64,000 bases of DNA, taken from assembly GCF_910592395.1 (NCBI RefSeq), contig NC_088308.1, positions 310,001 through 374,000 of the forward strand. The letters run 5' to 3'. This document shows, piece after piece, positions 40,101 to 51,668 of this stretch. Below the pieces are notes generated by a model that made no database searches, was not told the origin of the DNA, and was given only the letters and a program-made list of their open reading frames with translations. The position numbers were made by a program, and so were the translations under genes. How positions within the stretch are numbered: the first letter of the stretch is position 1; every line of letters begins with the position of its first letter. This stretch comes from Lineus longissimus (lineage: Eukaryota).

Positions 40101-43100
40101 GAAGTTTCAAACTTTGCATGCTGATGAGGTGTTTGACATGGTCTCTTGAGTCACCAAGACATATTTGGAGAGTTCTCTTGTTTCCTTTTAGCTATCCAAC
40201 TGAGTGGTCAGTCACCAAGAAGAAAACGTATCAGGAAACCACAGGATTTCTCCAACCCTGAGCGCGAGCTGTTCATCTGGGCCGTCTTACTCAACCGCCG
40301 AGAACTGGCTCTTCAGTTCTGGAGACAGGGGAAAAATCATGTTGGTGAGTACCTGTCCTGTGGTCTTCCCTTGTATTGATGTTCTTTTGGGACACCGCTT
40401 TGAAAGAGGAGCAATCCAACACTTGCTGTGTTCCTTTGGTACTCTTCAGCAACAGATGGTAGAGGGGGTCCGCTTTGTAAGAGGAGCAATCCAACACTTG
40501 CTGTGTTCCTTTGGTACTCTTCAGCGACAGATGGTAGAGAGGTTTTTTGGGACATTTCCCAAAGGACCATAATGCTTGTATACACTAGTAACAGCACCTG
40601 CTAGCCTAGTGATTGCACTTCATTCAAAATAGTGTTTACTCAAGTGGATGGGTGAGACGAAAGAAGGCAGAATTAGAGAGTTTGGGACCATTCAACATTT
40701 TCATGCTTTTGAGTTGTTGTTGATTGTTCAGAAACCACAAGTTGGGTTGTAACAATGCCTACTCTCGCTCTTGTCGATTGTGACTGACACTGAGGATCAA
40801 TGAGCTGATGAGACAGACAGTGATACTCGCAGTAACATCCTTTCTCTGGTTCACCATAACTTGTTTGTTTGCAGGAAGTGCCCTGATTGCAGCGTCCATG
40901 TTGAAAGCGTTGTCCCATGAAGCAGCGGCCATGGAAGAAATCGACCTTTCTGCAGATTACCTGAAGCACTCAAAGTAAGTCTCTGCAGCTAGACCCAGCC
41001 AGCAATTATAATAGTGCAGTCACTTTGCTAAGCATCAACCCTCTCATCATGCTGAAAGTGTTCTTTCTGCCAGTTCAAATTTGGTAGTTACATATTCTAG
41101 TTACTTACGGATGAATTAGACAAGAATGTTTTGTGTGTACTTTGATGTATTAGATTCTTTTATTTCAGAGATTATGAGAAGTTTGCGATTGGTGCGCTGT
41201 CTGAGTGTTATAACATGGACAAGCGCCTTACACACTGTGTCCTCATCCGTACCATTGATAGCTGGGGTGGGACAACGTGTCTTAACCTGGCTGATACTGG
41301 TGAACACATGGAGTTCATGGGACATACGGCCTGTCAGACACATCTTAACCGCATATGGAAGGGAAATATGGCTCTGTACACTTCCGTTTGGAAGGTAGGT
41401 GAAATCCTTTCGACTCCTTGTGATGTCTGTCTTTGCTAAGCAATTGATTAGAAACTTTACCAACTTTCCTTGGTCGGGCCTCTTCCAAATGGACTCATTG
41501 GCTGCCTAGCCACCGCCTTCATTGACATCTTGATCCTTTGGTCAGGCTGTTTTCTGTTTGGCTTTGTGGTACAGTCTTGGACTCTCAATGGCCTGTGAAA
41601 GCTGAGGCAGGTCGGCTTCAGCCTTAGCTTTTCAGTGGTGTCCATGTAAAATTCGAAGTCCTGGGGCCAAAACAGCAATAGCTCCTGGCAAGTTGGGCTG
41701 TGAACTGCAGGTCCCTGTCCAATGCCTTGTCTGATCTTTCACTGTGAATAATCTTCCTTCTTCCAGATTTTGATCTCCACAGTGATACCTATTATTATAT
41801 GCTGGATCCAGTTTGCTCCGACAGAATCAGCTCAGTCCAGAACCAGGTCAGAAGTTGATCGCAACAAAGTTACACCCGGGAAGGACGTCGAGAAAAATAA
41901 GAAAAGTAAACAAGTGCGAAAGGGCAAGGTGTTCCATGTTGGACTGACGGGAACATCACCGGGAACAATCGGGTTACACCGTGCAATCTATTACTTCTAC
42001 ACCGCCCCCATTACCAAGTTCATCTATGCATTTGTAAGTTCGTCACATGTACTTTCAAAGGTTAGGGTTATAGTAGTGACAGTGATAGGCATGGTCTGAG
42101 GTGCTAGGCTACCTAGATAATGTGGTCTAGAAACCCCACACGATAACATTTTTGATGACCTTAGCTTTGTCACTTGACTTTTATGGGTGAGATGTAACAT
42201 TGTACATTAGTGTCTATGCCAGGGTAAAGAAAACATACAGGAGGTACATTGGTGAATGAGTAACCCTTAACTGCTCCTGAATGACTCGGCGTCATACCTT
42301 CTAACCACTCTTATCACCAATAACTCATATAGAGAAACCCAAAAGAAGGCGACGTGGTTGATTATTGTTGTCGTTTCCTAGGTAACGTGAATGTTGAGAG
42401 CGTGGAGGAGGAAGGATTCATGCACACTCTTCAAGCTGTGTTTGAAAAGGATATAAACTGCTTCTTTTTTCACAGCACTTTTCTAATTTTCAGTAACGAT
42501 TTCACCAACTTGTCATATTTCAGCTCTCTCAGCTTGTCTACCTTGGGTTGTTCAGTTACTTCTTGTTGACTAACTTCTACCCGTATGACTTCCCGAATGG
42601 TTCTCCAAGTGTCTATGAGCTCTTCACCATCGGCTGGACATTCACACTCATCGGTGAGGAGTTTAGGCAGGTAAGTTGATCATTAGAATCTCTTCAATTA
42701 AGAAATCTTAACACTCTGTTCAACCTCTAAGGACTACGTAGCCAGTAACAGACTCACCGGTTCAGTTTAATGCTGACTTTTTGGTGATACACTAACTTTG
42801 TTCCTTTTGCATTGCTTCTTCATTCCATCTGAAAAACAACTACAACTATTATGTTTTTTAACAAGGTATTAAAGTCTGGAGAAAGAAAAAACTAACTCTA
42901 ATTAATACACTTTAGCAAGCTGATCTGTACAATTTGGTGAGTCACTTTCTTTTTCTGGGCTAAGTGTTCCCGCTTGCATGAATATTTCACTCAATACCTC
43001 AAATCCAAAATCACTCTATTGGGGCATGTGTTTGTGTCACAATATGTTGAAGGTCAATTAATAGTACAGCTTGTTCACAAAATGTTGACAGTGTTTATTA

Positions 43101-46100
43101 AAATCTGGCTGTGTGTTTATGAAAAGGAACAAAGGGATTGATTTCAATAAACAAAACATTGTTGCCAGCAATCCAAGGAGCGAGTCGCTACACCAAATAT
43201 GCTAGTCACAATTCACGAAAATTTCTGAAAAGAATGTGGTTCATGCTTTCTATTTCTCAACTTCAGGTCTTCACAAGAGATCCGCATTCCGTCCAACGGA
43301 AGGTGAGCGGGTGGTTTGTGAGCGTCTGGAACAAATTTGATCTCCTCATCTATGTGATCTTCGTGACGGCGATGATTCTACGCTTCAGTCTCCAGCCACA
43401 GGAGATCTATTACGCTCGGAATATGTATGCTGTGAGCCTGTCACTATCGTTCCTCAGATTCATGCAGATGTTCTTCTTCCATAAGGATATTGGTCCGAAG
43501 GTCATCATGATCAGGAAAATGGTGAGTGATTGTTGGTGTCAGACAAGGCCTGTCCTCTTGTCACAGATGAAGAGTTGGGTGTGAGGTAGTGTCAGACAAG
43601 ACCTGTCCTCTTGTCACAGATGAAGAGTTGGGTGTGAGGTAGTGTCAGACAAGGCCTGTCCTCTTGTCACAGATGAAGAGTTGGGTGTGAGGTAGTGTCA
43701 GACAAGGTCTGTCCTCTTGTCACAGATGAAGAGTTGGGTGTGAGGTAGGGTTCAATGTCATGTTAAAGAATGGAAAAATGTGGCTGTGTTAGGGAACCAG
43801 AAATTTGCACCATCTGATGCTGCATTGCCGCAAACTTTTGGGGTATGGATTCAGTCACTGTAACTGAACAACAACTGAACTGTACAATGAATGACTCTGC
43901 TCTATGCACTTGTCATTTGCAGATGGTGGACTTGATGTTCTTCGTCATCATTCTCCTCGTGTTCATCTTATCCTACGGTGTGGCCAGTCATGCATTGCTC
44001 TACCCAAATGCTGCATCAGACTGGCTTCTTCTCAAGAATGTGCTCTACTTGCCATACTTCCAGATGTATGGAGAACTCTTCCTCGAAAACGTCGAAGGTG
44101 AGGACAATGATTATCAATTCGAGGAGATGGATGGCTTGGCAAACACCATGTTCCATAATGAAATAACCTGTCAAGGAGTGAACACAGAATTTACCATTTT
44201 CCACGTCAAGCATCTGTTTCAGTCAGAAAGGCCGTTTTGGGAGTTCCAGCCAATGGATTTGTTGGGCAATCCTGTCCTGTGCTACCCTGGTGGTAAAACA
44301 CATCAGTCTTAAAAGGAAGTTATACTTGCCACTACAGTTAATGCAAGATGCGTTGAAAACACTGCATATCAATGCATGTATCTACATGTATCACTCATAA
44401 ACCATGTTTCATTCCAGCAAAATATGACAACACGACAGACATATGTTCAAGAGATCACAATGTTTGGAAGAACGACCCCACAATCCAACAATGCCCAGAG
44501 TTCAACAGTGTGGCTATCGTCCTGTTCATCATATACATGATCATGACCAACATCCTACTGCTGAATCTTCTCATTGCCATGTTCAGGTACGTTATTACAG
44601 TTCCCAGATGGTGGCTTATAGACCCCAATAAGCAGGTCGATTCAAAAGCGCCAATCCAATGTTCTTAATCTTCATCCTCCTTCAACTTGATTTTCTAGGT
44701 AGGTGCATGCGCAGAAGTTCTTTCCATACTTGTGATATCAAGATTTCAGCATCGTCAGCTCTATCACAGGTCAAATCTGTGTGGAGAGACTTACAGAATA
44801 TTTCTCTTTCAGTTACACATTCCAAATGGTGCAAGAAAACTCGGAGCTTGTCTGGCGTTTCCATCGGTTTGCCCTGATCCACGAATATTTTGATCGCCCG
44901 GCAATGGCTGCCCCAATTATCATCTTTGGTCACGTGTATCGGGTATGCAGGCATATCTATCGTAGGGCAACCAAAGCATCCATGTACAACACAGACTTCA
45001 GTAAGTAGGCATTGATGACCTGTGATGTCGTAGACATTGATGACCTGTGATGTCGTAGACATTGATGACCTGTGATGTCGTAGACATTGATGACCTGTGA
45101 TGTCGTAGACACTGATGACCTGTGGTGTCCTGAAAGTTCTAGAGGAAACTATAGGCTTGAATGCTGATGGTCTTTGTCGCACAATTCCTTGTAAGCAATG
45201 GCGTAATGAGCTGAAAGTATTCATGATTCATCTGAAGATCTAATACGTGTCGGCTCAGGATTTGCTCTGGTAGACTCCATATTCAGTTACACGATTATGA
45301 TGAAGACATATTAAAACAAGAGGATATGAGTACGACATTGAAACGTCTTTCCTTCAGAAATGAACTTCAGCAAGGAGAAGAGCCATCAGATGATCATGCT
45401 GGAGAAACATGCCATGGAGGCATTCCTGGCCAAGGCCAAACTGAAAGATAAAGATCAGATGAGCCTGAAGCTCACTAACACTGGAGAAAGGTAGGATTGA
45501 GACTCCAACAACAACTTTGGTTAACTACATGTACTCTTGCAGTATTCACACCCAGCCATCTCATCTCACTTCTGACCATTTTTACAAATCCCAGACAACT
45601 CATGGATTACAACGAAGATGGTTGTGCACCTCTTAAATATGTGGATATGAGAGGTGTGGCATTTTCATATCTCTTAGATATGTGGATATGAGAGGTGTGG
45701 CATTTTCATATCTCTTAGATATGTGGATATGAGAGGCATGGCATTTCCATTGGATAATTGATGCACGATATGCTCTCCACCAGTCATGCAGGAAAATGAC
45801 CTGTCCTATCGCAACAATTGCAGTGTGTGCACTTGACAAAACCAGTTATGAAAGAACTATTGTGAATGCTACGCAGGAAGGTTTTTTGCAAAGAAAAGTT
45901 GCTGTTGTAGTTGATGTTTGTAAACTCACTTCAGGGTTGAGAAGATCATAACTGATGTGGAAGAAGTGAAGGAGGTTGTTATCGGCATGGAGCGCCCACC
46001 GAAGGAAAAGATTGCTTTTGACGAGTCGGGTGGTAAAGCAGTGGAAAGCAAAGCTAGCAAGGAGCCTGAGTATGATTATGGGTGAGTGAGTGGTATAGAG

Positions 46101-46878
46101 ACAGTAGTCTTTATAACTGGACTTCGACTTTCTGCCAAGACTGAGGACACGTACGGATTGCTGGAAACAGGAAAGGGTCATTGTAGGGTCACACTTTACA
46201 CAAACCAGCGAGTTTCTGGATAGGATTGTGGTCTCATGGCTAATGTGACATTAAGAGAATAAAAATTGCTCCCGGGGTTTGACTCAGCAACTGAAATATT
46301 GCCTTCCTTTCGAGTCATGGAGCTTTTCTTCCTAGCAGTCAAATTCAATTTGCTTTTGGTTTCCAAAGACATAGTGATGTATGTGAATCATGTTCACCTC
46401 TTATTGGAAGCTTCAACTGAAAGTCAGAAGTACTGTTGGGTATAGCCTGAGTTGATAGATGGAAGGGTTTCAGTGCCGAAGTACAGTTTTGGAATTGATT
46501 CTTAAATTGAATTGTGTTAGTTTGTACTTGATTCGTGTTATGAAATGACCAGTCTCAGTATAGTAAATGGCCAGTGGACTACTTCAGATGACTGAATGGC
46601 TCAGTATATCATTATATCCTTTCAGCTTTGATCCAAAAGAAGAGCTCGAGCAACTACACATCAAGTTTGAACACTTGGAGCTTAAACTTGCTGACCAGAA
46701 TGACCACATGCAGCGCCAAAATGCACAAATGGATATCGTCCTCCAGCAGTTGCAGCATCTTATTGATAAGAAACCCAGGAAACGAAAACCACGAACGACA
46801 CTGCCTCCTGCCTCGGATGAGGACCATGGAGAGCGGACACCAAGAAGATTGCCGCTGGTCGAGTCATCAATTGCCTGA
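34138..46878 (+). CDS. TRPM: Transient receptor potential melastatin (TRPM) cation channel, 1541 aa, 21 coding exons
   Basis: Exons 34138-34734, 35017-35093, 35596-35782, 36143-36323, 36496-36662, 36930-37131, 37346-37744, 38003-38446, 39711-39869, 40192-40344, 40875-40974, 41169-41394, 41767-42033, 42524-42670, 43267-43521, 43923-44097, 44418-44586, 44813-45000, 45358-45490, 45935-46081, 46626-46878. All are GT-AG and phase-consistent (4626 nt total). Motifs: PRLLISVTGG, GAWIITGG, GVATWG, LDHNHTHFILVDNG, LALAWNRCDIA, LFIWAVL, EEFRQ, WNKFD, GPKVIMI, YFQMYGE, NILLLNLLIAMF, TRP box WRFHR, C-terminal coiled coil. Confidence 0.96.
35320..35440 (-). mobile_element. Degenerate tRNA-derived SINE fragment in TRPM intron 2
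   Basis: Minus strand TGCCACAGTGGAAGCGCATCTGACTTGTGATCAGGAGGTCATGGGTTTGAGGCTC resembles a decayed tRNA head with A-box and B-box remnants. Confidence 0.35.
38372..39610. repeat. 87-bp tandem repeat, 14 copies, made of the 3' end of TRPM exon 8 plus its 5' splice site
   Basis: Unit ...CATCATCGGGAAAGTCTTCCGTCATCTGGTAGGAGACCAGTACCCCAACATGTATGAGG|GTAAGTAGAGGCTTTCTAATCTGTTG. Donor GT recurs every 87 bp from 38447 to 39578. Confidence 0.97.
40395..40542. repeat. 75-bp tandem duplication in TRPM intron 10
   Basis: CCGCTTTG.AAGAGGAGCAATCCAACACTTGCTGTGTTCCTTTGGTACTCTTCAGC.ACAGATGGTAGAG at 40395 and 40470. Confidence 0.9.
43536..43748. repeat. 53-bp tandem repeat, 4 copies, starting 14 nt into TRPM intron 15
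   Basis: GTGTCAGACAAGGCCTGTCCTCTTGTCACAGATGAAGAGTTGGGTGTGAGGTA x4. Confidence 0.95.
45010..45129. repeat. 25-bp tandem repeat, ~5 copies, starting 9 nt into TRPM intron 18
   Basis: CATTGATGACCTGTGATGTCGTAGA repeated. Confidence 0.95.
45630..45750. repeat. 41-bp tandem repeat, 3 copies, in TRPM intron 19
   Basis: CTCTTAGATATGTGGATATGAGAGGTGTGGCATTTTCATAT-like units at 45630, 45671 and 45712. Confidence 0.9.
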
Positions 46879-47247
46879 TAGAGGGAGCTCTGTAAATCAT
46901 GGATGGCCGCCACTAATTTATATCCCTGAATGAAAAAGGAATTGATAATGTAAACGGACCAAGTGCCAATGTTTACGGTGCGGGTATCATTCTAACCCAT
47001 TTTGAGTCGGTCTCCTCTATTTTGATCAAACAGTTATCAATCAAACATTTGCTGTGATATTAATAGTTCCTTCTTAACTGTGATACATTCAAGATAATAT
47101 GAAACCTTCTTAGCCAGTTGCTGTAATGCCAACAATTATAACCATATAGTTGAACAATATGAGGAGTATGGTTATAGAGATAGTATTCATTTTCTTGTTT
47201 ACAGATTTATACCCGTACAGTTGTATGTAGAATTTATTTCAGAGATA

Positions 47248-47511
47248 TAAAATTAAATTAAAATTTATTTATTATAGTGTCACCCCTAATGAAAGGGCCA
47301 ACCAGCTTTTTGGCTTATAAGACACTATTTACTTCCAAACCCCTATCTCTAATGCCATGCGCCTGGTGAGAAGGCAGTTTGAACCCTGTATTTAACTAGC
47401 TGGCAGCTAACCAACCGGCCGCATCGAAAAGAGGTTACCAGCGGGCCTCGAACCTTCGACCTTCCGTTCACGAGGCGGACACCTTAACCACTAGGCCATC
47501 AAGATTGGTCC
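47248..47511 (-). mobile_element. Near full-length tRNA-derived SINE, antisense, probably within the TRPM 3' UTR
   Basis: Minus strand: GGACCAATCTTGA-TGGCCTAGTGG (A box)-TTAAGGTGTCCGCCTCGTGAACGGAAGGTCGAA-GGTTCGAGGCCC (B box), a ~170-nt body, then an AT-rich tail ATAATAAATAAATTTTAATTTAATTTT. A candidate TRPM polyA signal AATAAA lies at 48260. Confidence 0.75.
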
Positions 47512-48555
47512 TATTGTGTCTTGTTGTGTACTATTGTACTATTGTGTCCTATTGTGTCTTGTGATATAAACGCAGTGATATATTTCCACCCAGGTATAAT
47601 GATTCTGTAAATGTATAACTCTCATCAAAACTCTGTCTTATCATAACCCTTGCATGTTATTGTCCCATCTGCATATAACTGTGATCCTGGACGTTTTTTG
47701 GTCATTTTATTCATGATTTGATTTTGATGAGTCTTCACCAATAGCATCAAAAGTAGATACTGTGATACTTTATGAATATATCTGGTTACCTTTGGTCATT
47801 GACCTCCTAAACCGGCTTCATTGTAGAAAAATGGAGTTCTTCTCTGTTTCTGATTATAGATATTGCTGATTAGTAGTGGCATGGTGGAACCTCTTCCACC
47901 AGGACACTGATTGTCTGAGTTTAGGAGACTGATTTTCGTCCCAAATTTGTCATTTACAATCATGTAACCTTTGTAATGAAGACACCTATCTTTTGAGAGG
48001 GGTGTCCTCAGTATAGAGAGGCTCTGCGGTGTTATCCAATGATGAGATATTTGTATACATGTATATTCACGATAATGAGTGTTGAGCATTCCATGACCTG
48101 TCTTCGTCGGTTGGACACGAACAGAAGCCACCAAGTTTGTGATGTCTTGTGGATACTAGTGGGACATCTTCCGCCTACCAACCACATGACAATTGAATGT
48201 TATAATAATGTCAGCTGTTTGGATTTGATAGCTGGTTGTTTTTGATAGATTAGATATTGAATAAATGATTTTTCCTAAAAATGAAATCAATTGTTCCTGT
48301 TAATTGGTCTTTTCCATGTGTAGAGTCTGGTTGTGATTGTCACATCTCTGTCACAATAGGGCCATTTAGATGACAGGCGAAAATACTACATTCAGATCCC
48401 GATGCGATTCGATCGAACCGCATTTAACTCTAGAAAAATTGCGCACATTTAGACGATTAGCGCAATCCGGTCTCATCTGGACGCATTTCTGCAGATGTGG
48501 ATTTCTCCAATATCTGTTGCTGGTGGAGGTGTAAAAATATACGTGAGTACGCCTT

Positions 48556-50233
48556 TTGACAACATGATGAGAGTGATTAGACGGTCACAGCCAGGCCGAA
48601 TCAGTCCTGGCTGCTCCACCGTGTTGACAACATGATGAGAGACATGAGACGGTCACAGCCAGGCCAAATCAGCCCTTGCTGCTCCACCGTGTTGACAACA
48701 TGATGAGAGAGATGAGACGGTCACAGCCAGGCCGAATCAGTCCTGGCTGCTCCACCGTGTTGACAGCATGATGAGATAGATGAGACTCTCACAGCCAGGC
48801 CAAAACAGTCCTGGCTGCTCCACCGTGTTGACAACATGATGAGAGAGATGAGACAGTCACAGCCAGGTCAAAACAGTCCTGGATGCTCCACCGTGTTGAC
48901 AACATGATGAGAGAGATGAGACAGTCACAGCCAGGCCAAAACAGTCCTGGATGCTCCACCGGTTGACAACATGATGAGAGAGATGAGACGGTCACTGCCA
49001 GGTCAAAACAGTCCTGGATGCTCCACCGTGTTGACAACATGATGAGAGAGATGAGACAGTCACAGCCAGGCCAAAACAGTCCTGGATGCTCCACCGTGTT
49101 GACAACATGATGAGAGAGATGAGACGGTCACTGCCAGGTCAAAACAGTCCTGGATGCTCCACCGTGTTGACAACATGATGAGAGAGATGAGACAGTCACA
49201 GCCAGGCCAAAACAGTCCTGGATGCTCCACAGTGTTGACAACATGATGAGAGAGATGAGACAGTCACAGCCAGGCCAAAACAGTCCTGGATGCTCCACCG
49301 TGTTGACAACATGATGAGAGAGATGAGTCGGTCACAGCCAGGTCAAAACAGTCCTGGCTGCTCCACCGTGTTGACAACATGATGAGAGAGATGAGACAGT
49401 CACAGCCAGGCCACATCAATATTCGCCGCACTGCCTAGTTGTTAATATGGTGAGAGAGATGAGACAGTCACAGCCAGGCCACATCAGTCTTCGCCGCACT
49501 GCCTAGTTGTTAATATGGCGAGAGAGATGAGACAGTCACAGCCAGGCCGAATCAGTCTTGGCTTCTCCACCGTGTTGACAAGGTGAGTGAGATGAGACAG
49601 TTGCAGCCAGGCCAAACCAGTCGTTCCTGCTCTGCCAAGTTGTCAACATGGTGAGAGAGATGAGACAGTCGCAGCCAGGCCGAATCAGTCCTGGCTGCTC
49701 CACCGTGTTGCCAACATGATGAGAGAGATGAGACAGTCACAGCCAGTCCACATCAGTCTTGTTGGCTGCTCTGCCAAGTTGTCAACATGGTGAGAGAGAT
49801 GAGACAGTCAGAGCCAGGCCGAATCAGTCTTTGCTGCTCTGCCAAGTTGTCAACATGGTGAGAGAGATGAGGAAGTCACAGCCAGGCCGAATCAGTCCTG
49901 GCTGCTCCACCGTGTTGCCAACATGATGAGAGAGATGAGACAGTCACAGCCAGTCCACATCAGTCTTGTTGGCTGCTCTGCCAAGTTGTCAACATGGTGA
50001 GAGAGATGAGGAAGTCACAGCCAGGCCGAATCAGTCCTGGCTGCTCCACCGTGTTGACAGCATGATGAGAGAGATGAGACAGTCACAGCCAGGCCACATC
50101 AGTCTTGGCTGCTCTGCCAGGTTGTCAACATGGTGAGAGAGATGAGACAGTCACAGCCAGGCCGAATCAGTCCTGGCTGCTCCACCGTGTTGACAGCATG
50201 GTGAGAGAGATGAGACAGTCACAGCCAGGCCAG
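48556..50233 (+). repeat. 68-bp tandem repeat, ~25 copies (left arm of an inverted pair)
   Basis: Unit GTTGACAACATGATGAGAGAGATGAGACAGTCACAGCCAGGCCAAAACAGTCCTGG(A/C)TGCTCCACCGT; period 68 (48827 to 48895), with sub-variants. Confidence 0.97.
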
Positions 50234-50504
50234 GTTTAAAGCACAAATATCAGGAGTATCATATCAAAAGAATCATTAAATTTATCAAGATAATGTAACT
50301 TTTCAAATCTAGATACATGAGAAATTTCTTTGATATATCTACTATGACATCTTCTCTGATATACTTCTAAGTATCATACCATAGAAGAGGTATCATTACA
50401 AGAAAATATCAAAATGTCCAAATTGTACGCATGGGAAATTTTAAACTTTTTTGAAATGTATCCTGAGCACAACTATCTTGGACCAGCACACTCGTTCCCG
50501 TAGT

Positions 50505-51108
50505 TGTGACTTCCTCATCTCTCTCATCATGTTGTCAACACGGTGGAGCAGCCAGGACTGATTCGGCCTGGCTGTGACTTCCTCATCTCTCTCACCATGT
50601 TGTCAACACGGTGGAGCAGCCAGGACTGATTCGGCCTGGCTGTGACTTCCTCATCTCTCTCACCATGTTGTCAACACGGTGGAGCAGCCAGGACTGATTC
50701 GGCCTGGCTGTGACTATCTCATCTCTCTCATCATGTTGTCAACACGGTGGAGCAGCCAGGACTGATTCGGCCTGGCTGTGACTGCCTCATCTCTCTCACC
50801 ATGTTGACAACTTGGCAGAGCAGCCAAGACTGATTTGGCCTGGCTGTGACTGTCTCATCTCTTTCACCATAATTATTGTCAACACGGTGGAGCAGCCAGA
50901 ACTGATTCGGCCTGGCTCTGACTGTCTCATCTCTCTCGCCTTATTAACAACTAGGCAGTGCGGCGAAGATTGATGCGGCCTGGCTGTGACTGTCTCATCA
51001 CACGCATCATGTTGTCAACACGGTGGAGCAGCCAGGACTGATTCGGCCTGGCTGTGACTTCCTCATCTCTCTCATCATGTTGTCAACACGGTGGAGGAGC
51101 CAGGACTG
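50505..51108 (-). repeat. Same 68-bp repeat in inverted orientation, ~9 copies (right arm)
   Basis: TGTGACTTCCTCATCTCTCTCATCATGTTGTCAACACGGTGGAGCAGCCAGGACTGATTCGGCCTGGC is the reverse complement of left-arm unit variants. Confidence 0.97.
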
Positions 51109-51200
51109 TCAAACAGTTGTGTGAGCTCACTAGAGCTTGCACTTACATAATAGTGTAAAACTAAAATTTATATAATATATATATATATATGTATATAAAA

Positions 51201-51668
51201 CCGTCATCGGATGCGCATCCGATATGCCACGAGATCCTTCACCGTCAATTCCCTTACCGTCATCGGATGCGCATCCGATATGCCACGAGATCCTTCACCG
51301 TCAATTCCCTTACCGTCATCGGATGCGCATCCGATATGCCACGAGATCCTTCACCGTCAATTCCCTTACCGTCTTCGGATGCGCATCCGATATGCCACGA
51401 GATCCTTCACCGTCAATTCCCTTACCCGTACCGTCATCGGATGCGCATCCGATATGCCACGAGATCCTTCACCGTCAATTCCCTTACCGTCTTCGGATGC
51501 GCATCCGATATGCCACGAGATCCTTCACCGTCAATTCCCTTACCGTCTTCGGATGCGCATCCGATATGCCACGAGATCCTTCACCGTCAATTCCTATACC
51601 GTCATTGGATGCCACGAGATTTTTTGTTACCTCACCGTCAATTCCTATACCGTCAGGGATGCCACGAG
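51201..51668. repeat. 56-bp tandem repeat (~7 copies plus 2 degenerate) containing an 18-bp palindrome, preceded by a (TA)n tract
   Basis: Unit CCGTCATCGGATGCGCATCCGATATGCCACGAGATCCTTCACCGTCAATTCCCTTA. ATCGGATGCGCATCCGAT is self-complementary. (TA)n lies at ~51170-51196. Confidence 0.95.

Noticed and set aside
47435..47511. Functional tRNA gene (also considered at 8765-8833)
   Set aside because: A and B boxes are present but I could not form a proper acceptor stem. The 47-kb copy continues into a SINE-like body and AT tail.
51201..51668. CRISPR-like array (palindromic repeats at regular spacing)
   Set aside because: The sequence between palindromes is identical from unit to unit (no unique spacers), there are no cas genes, and the context is eukaryotic.
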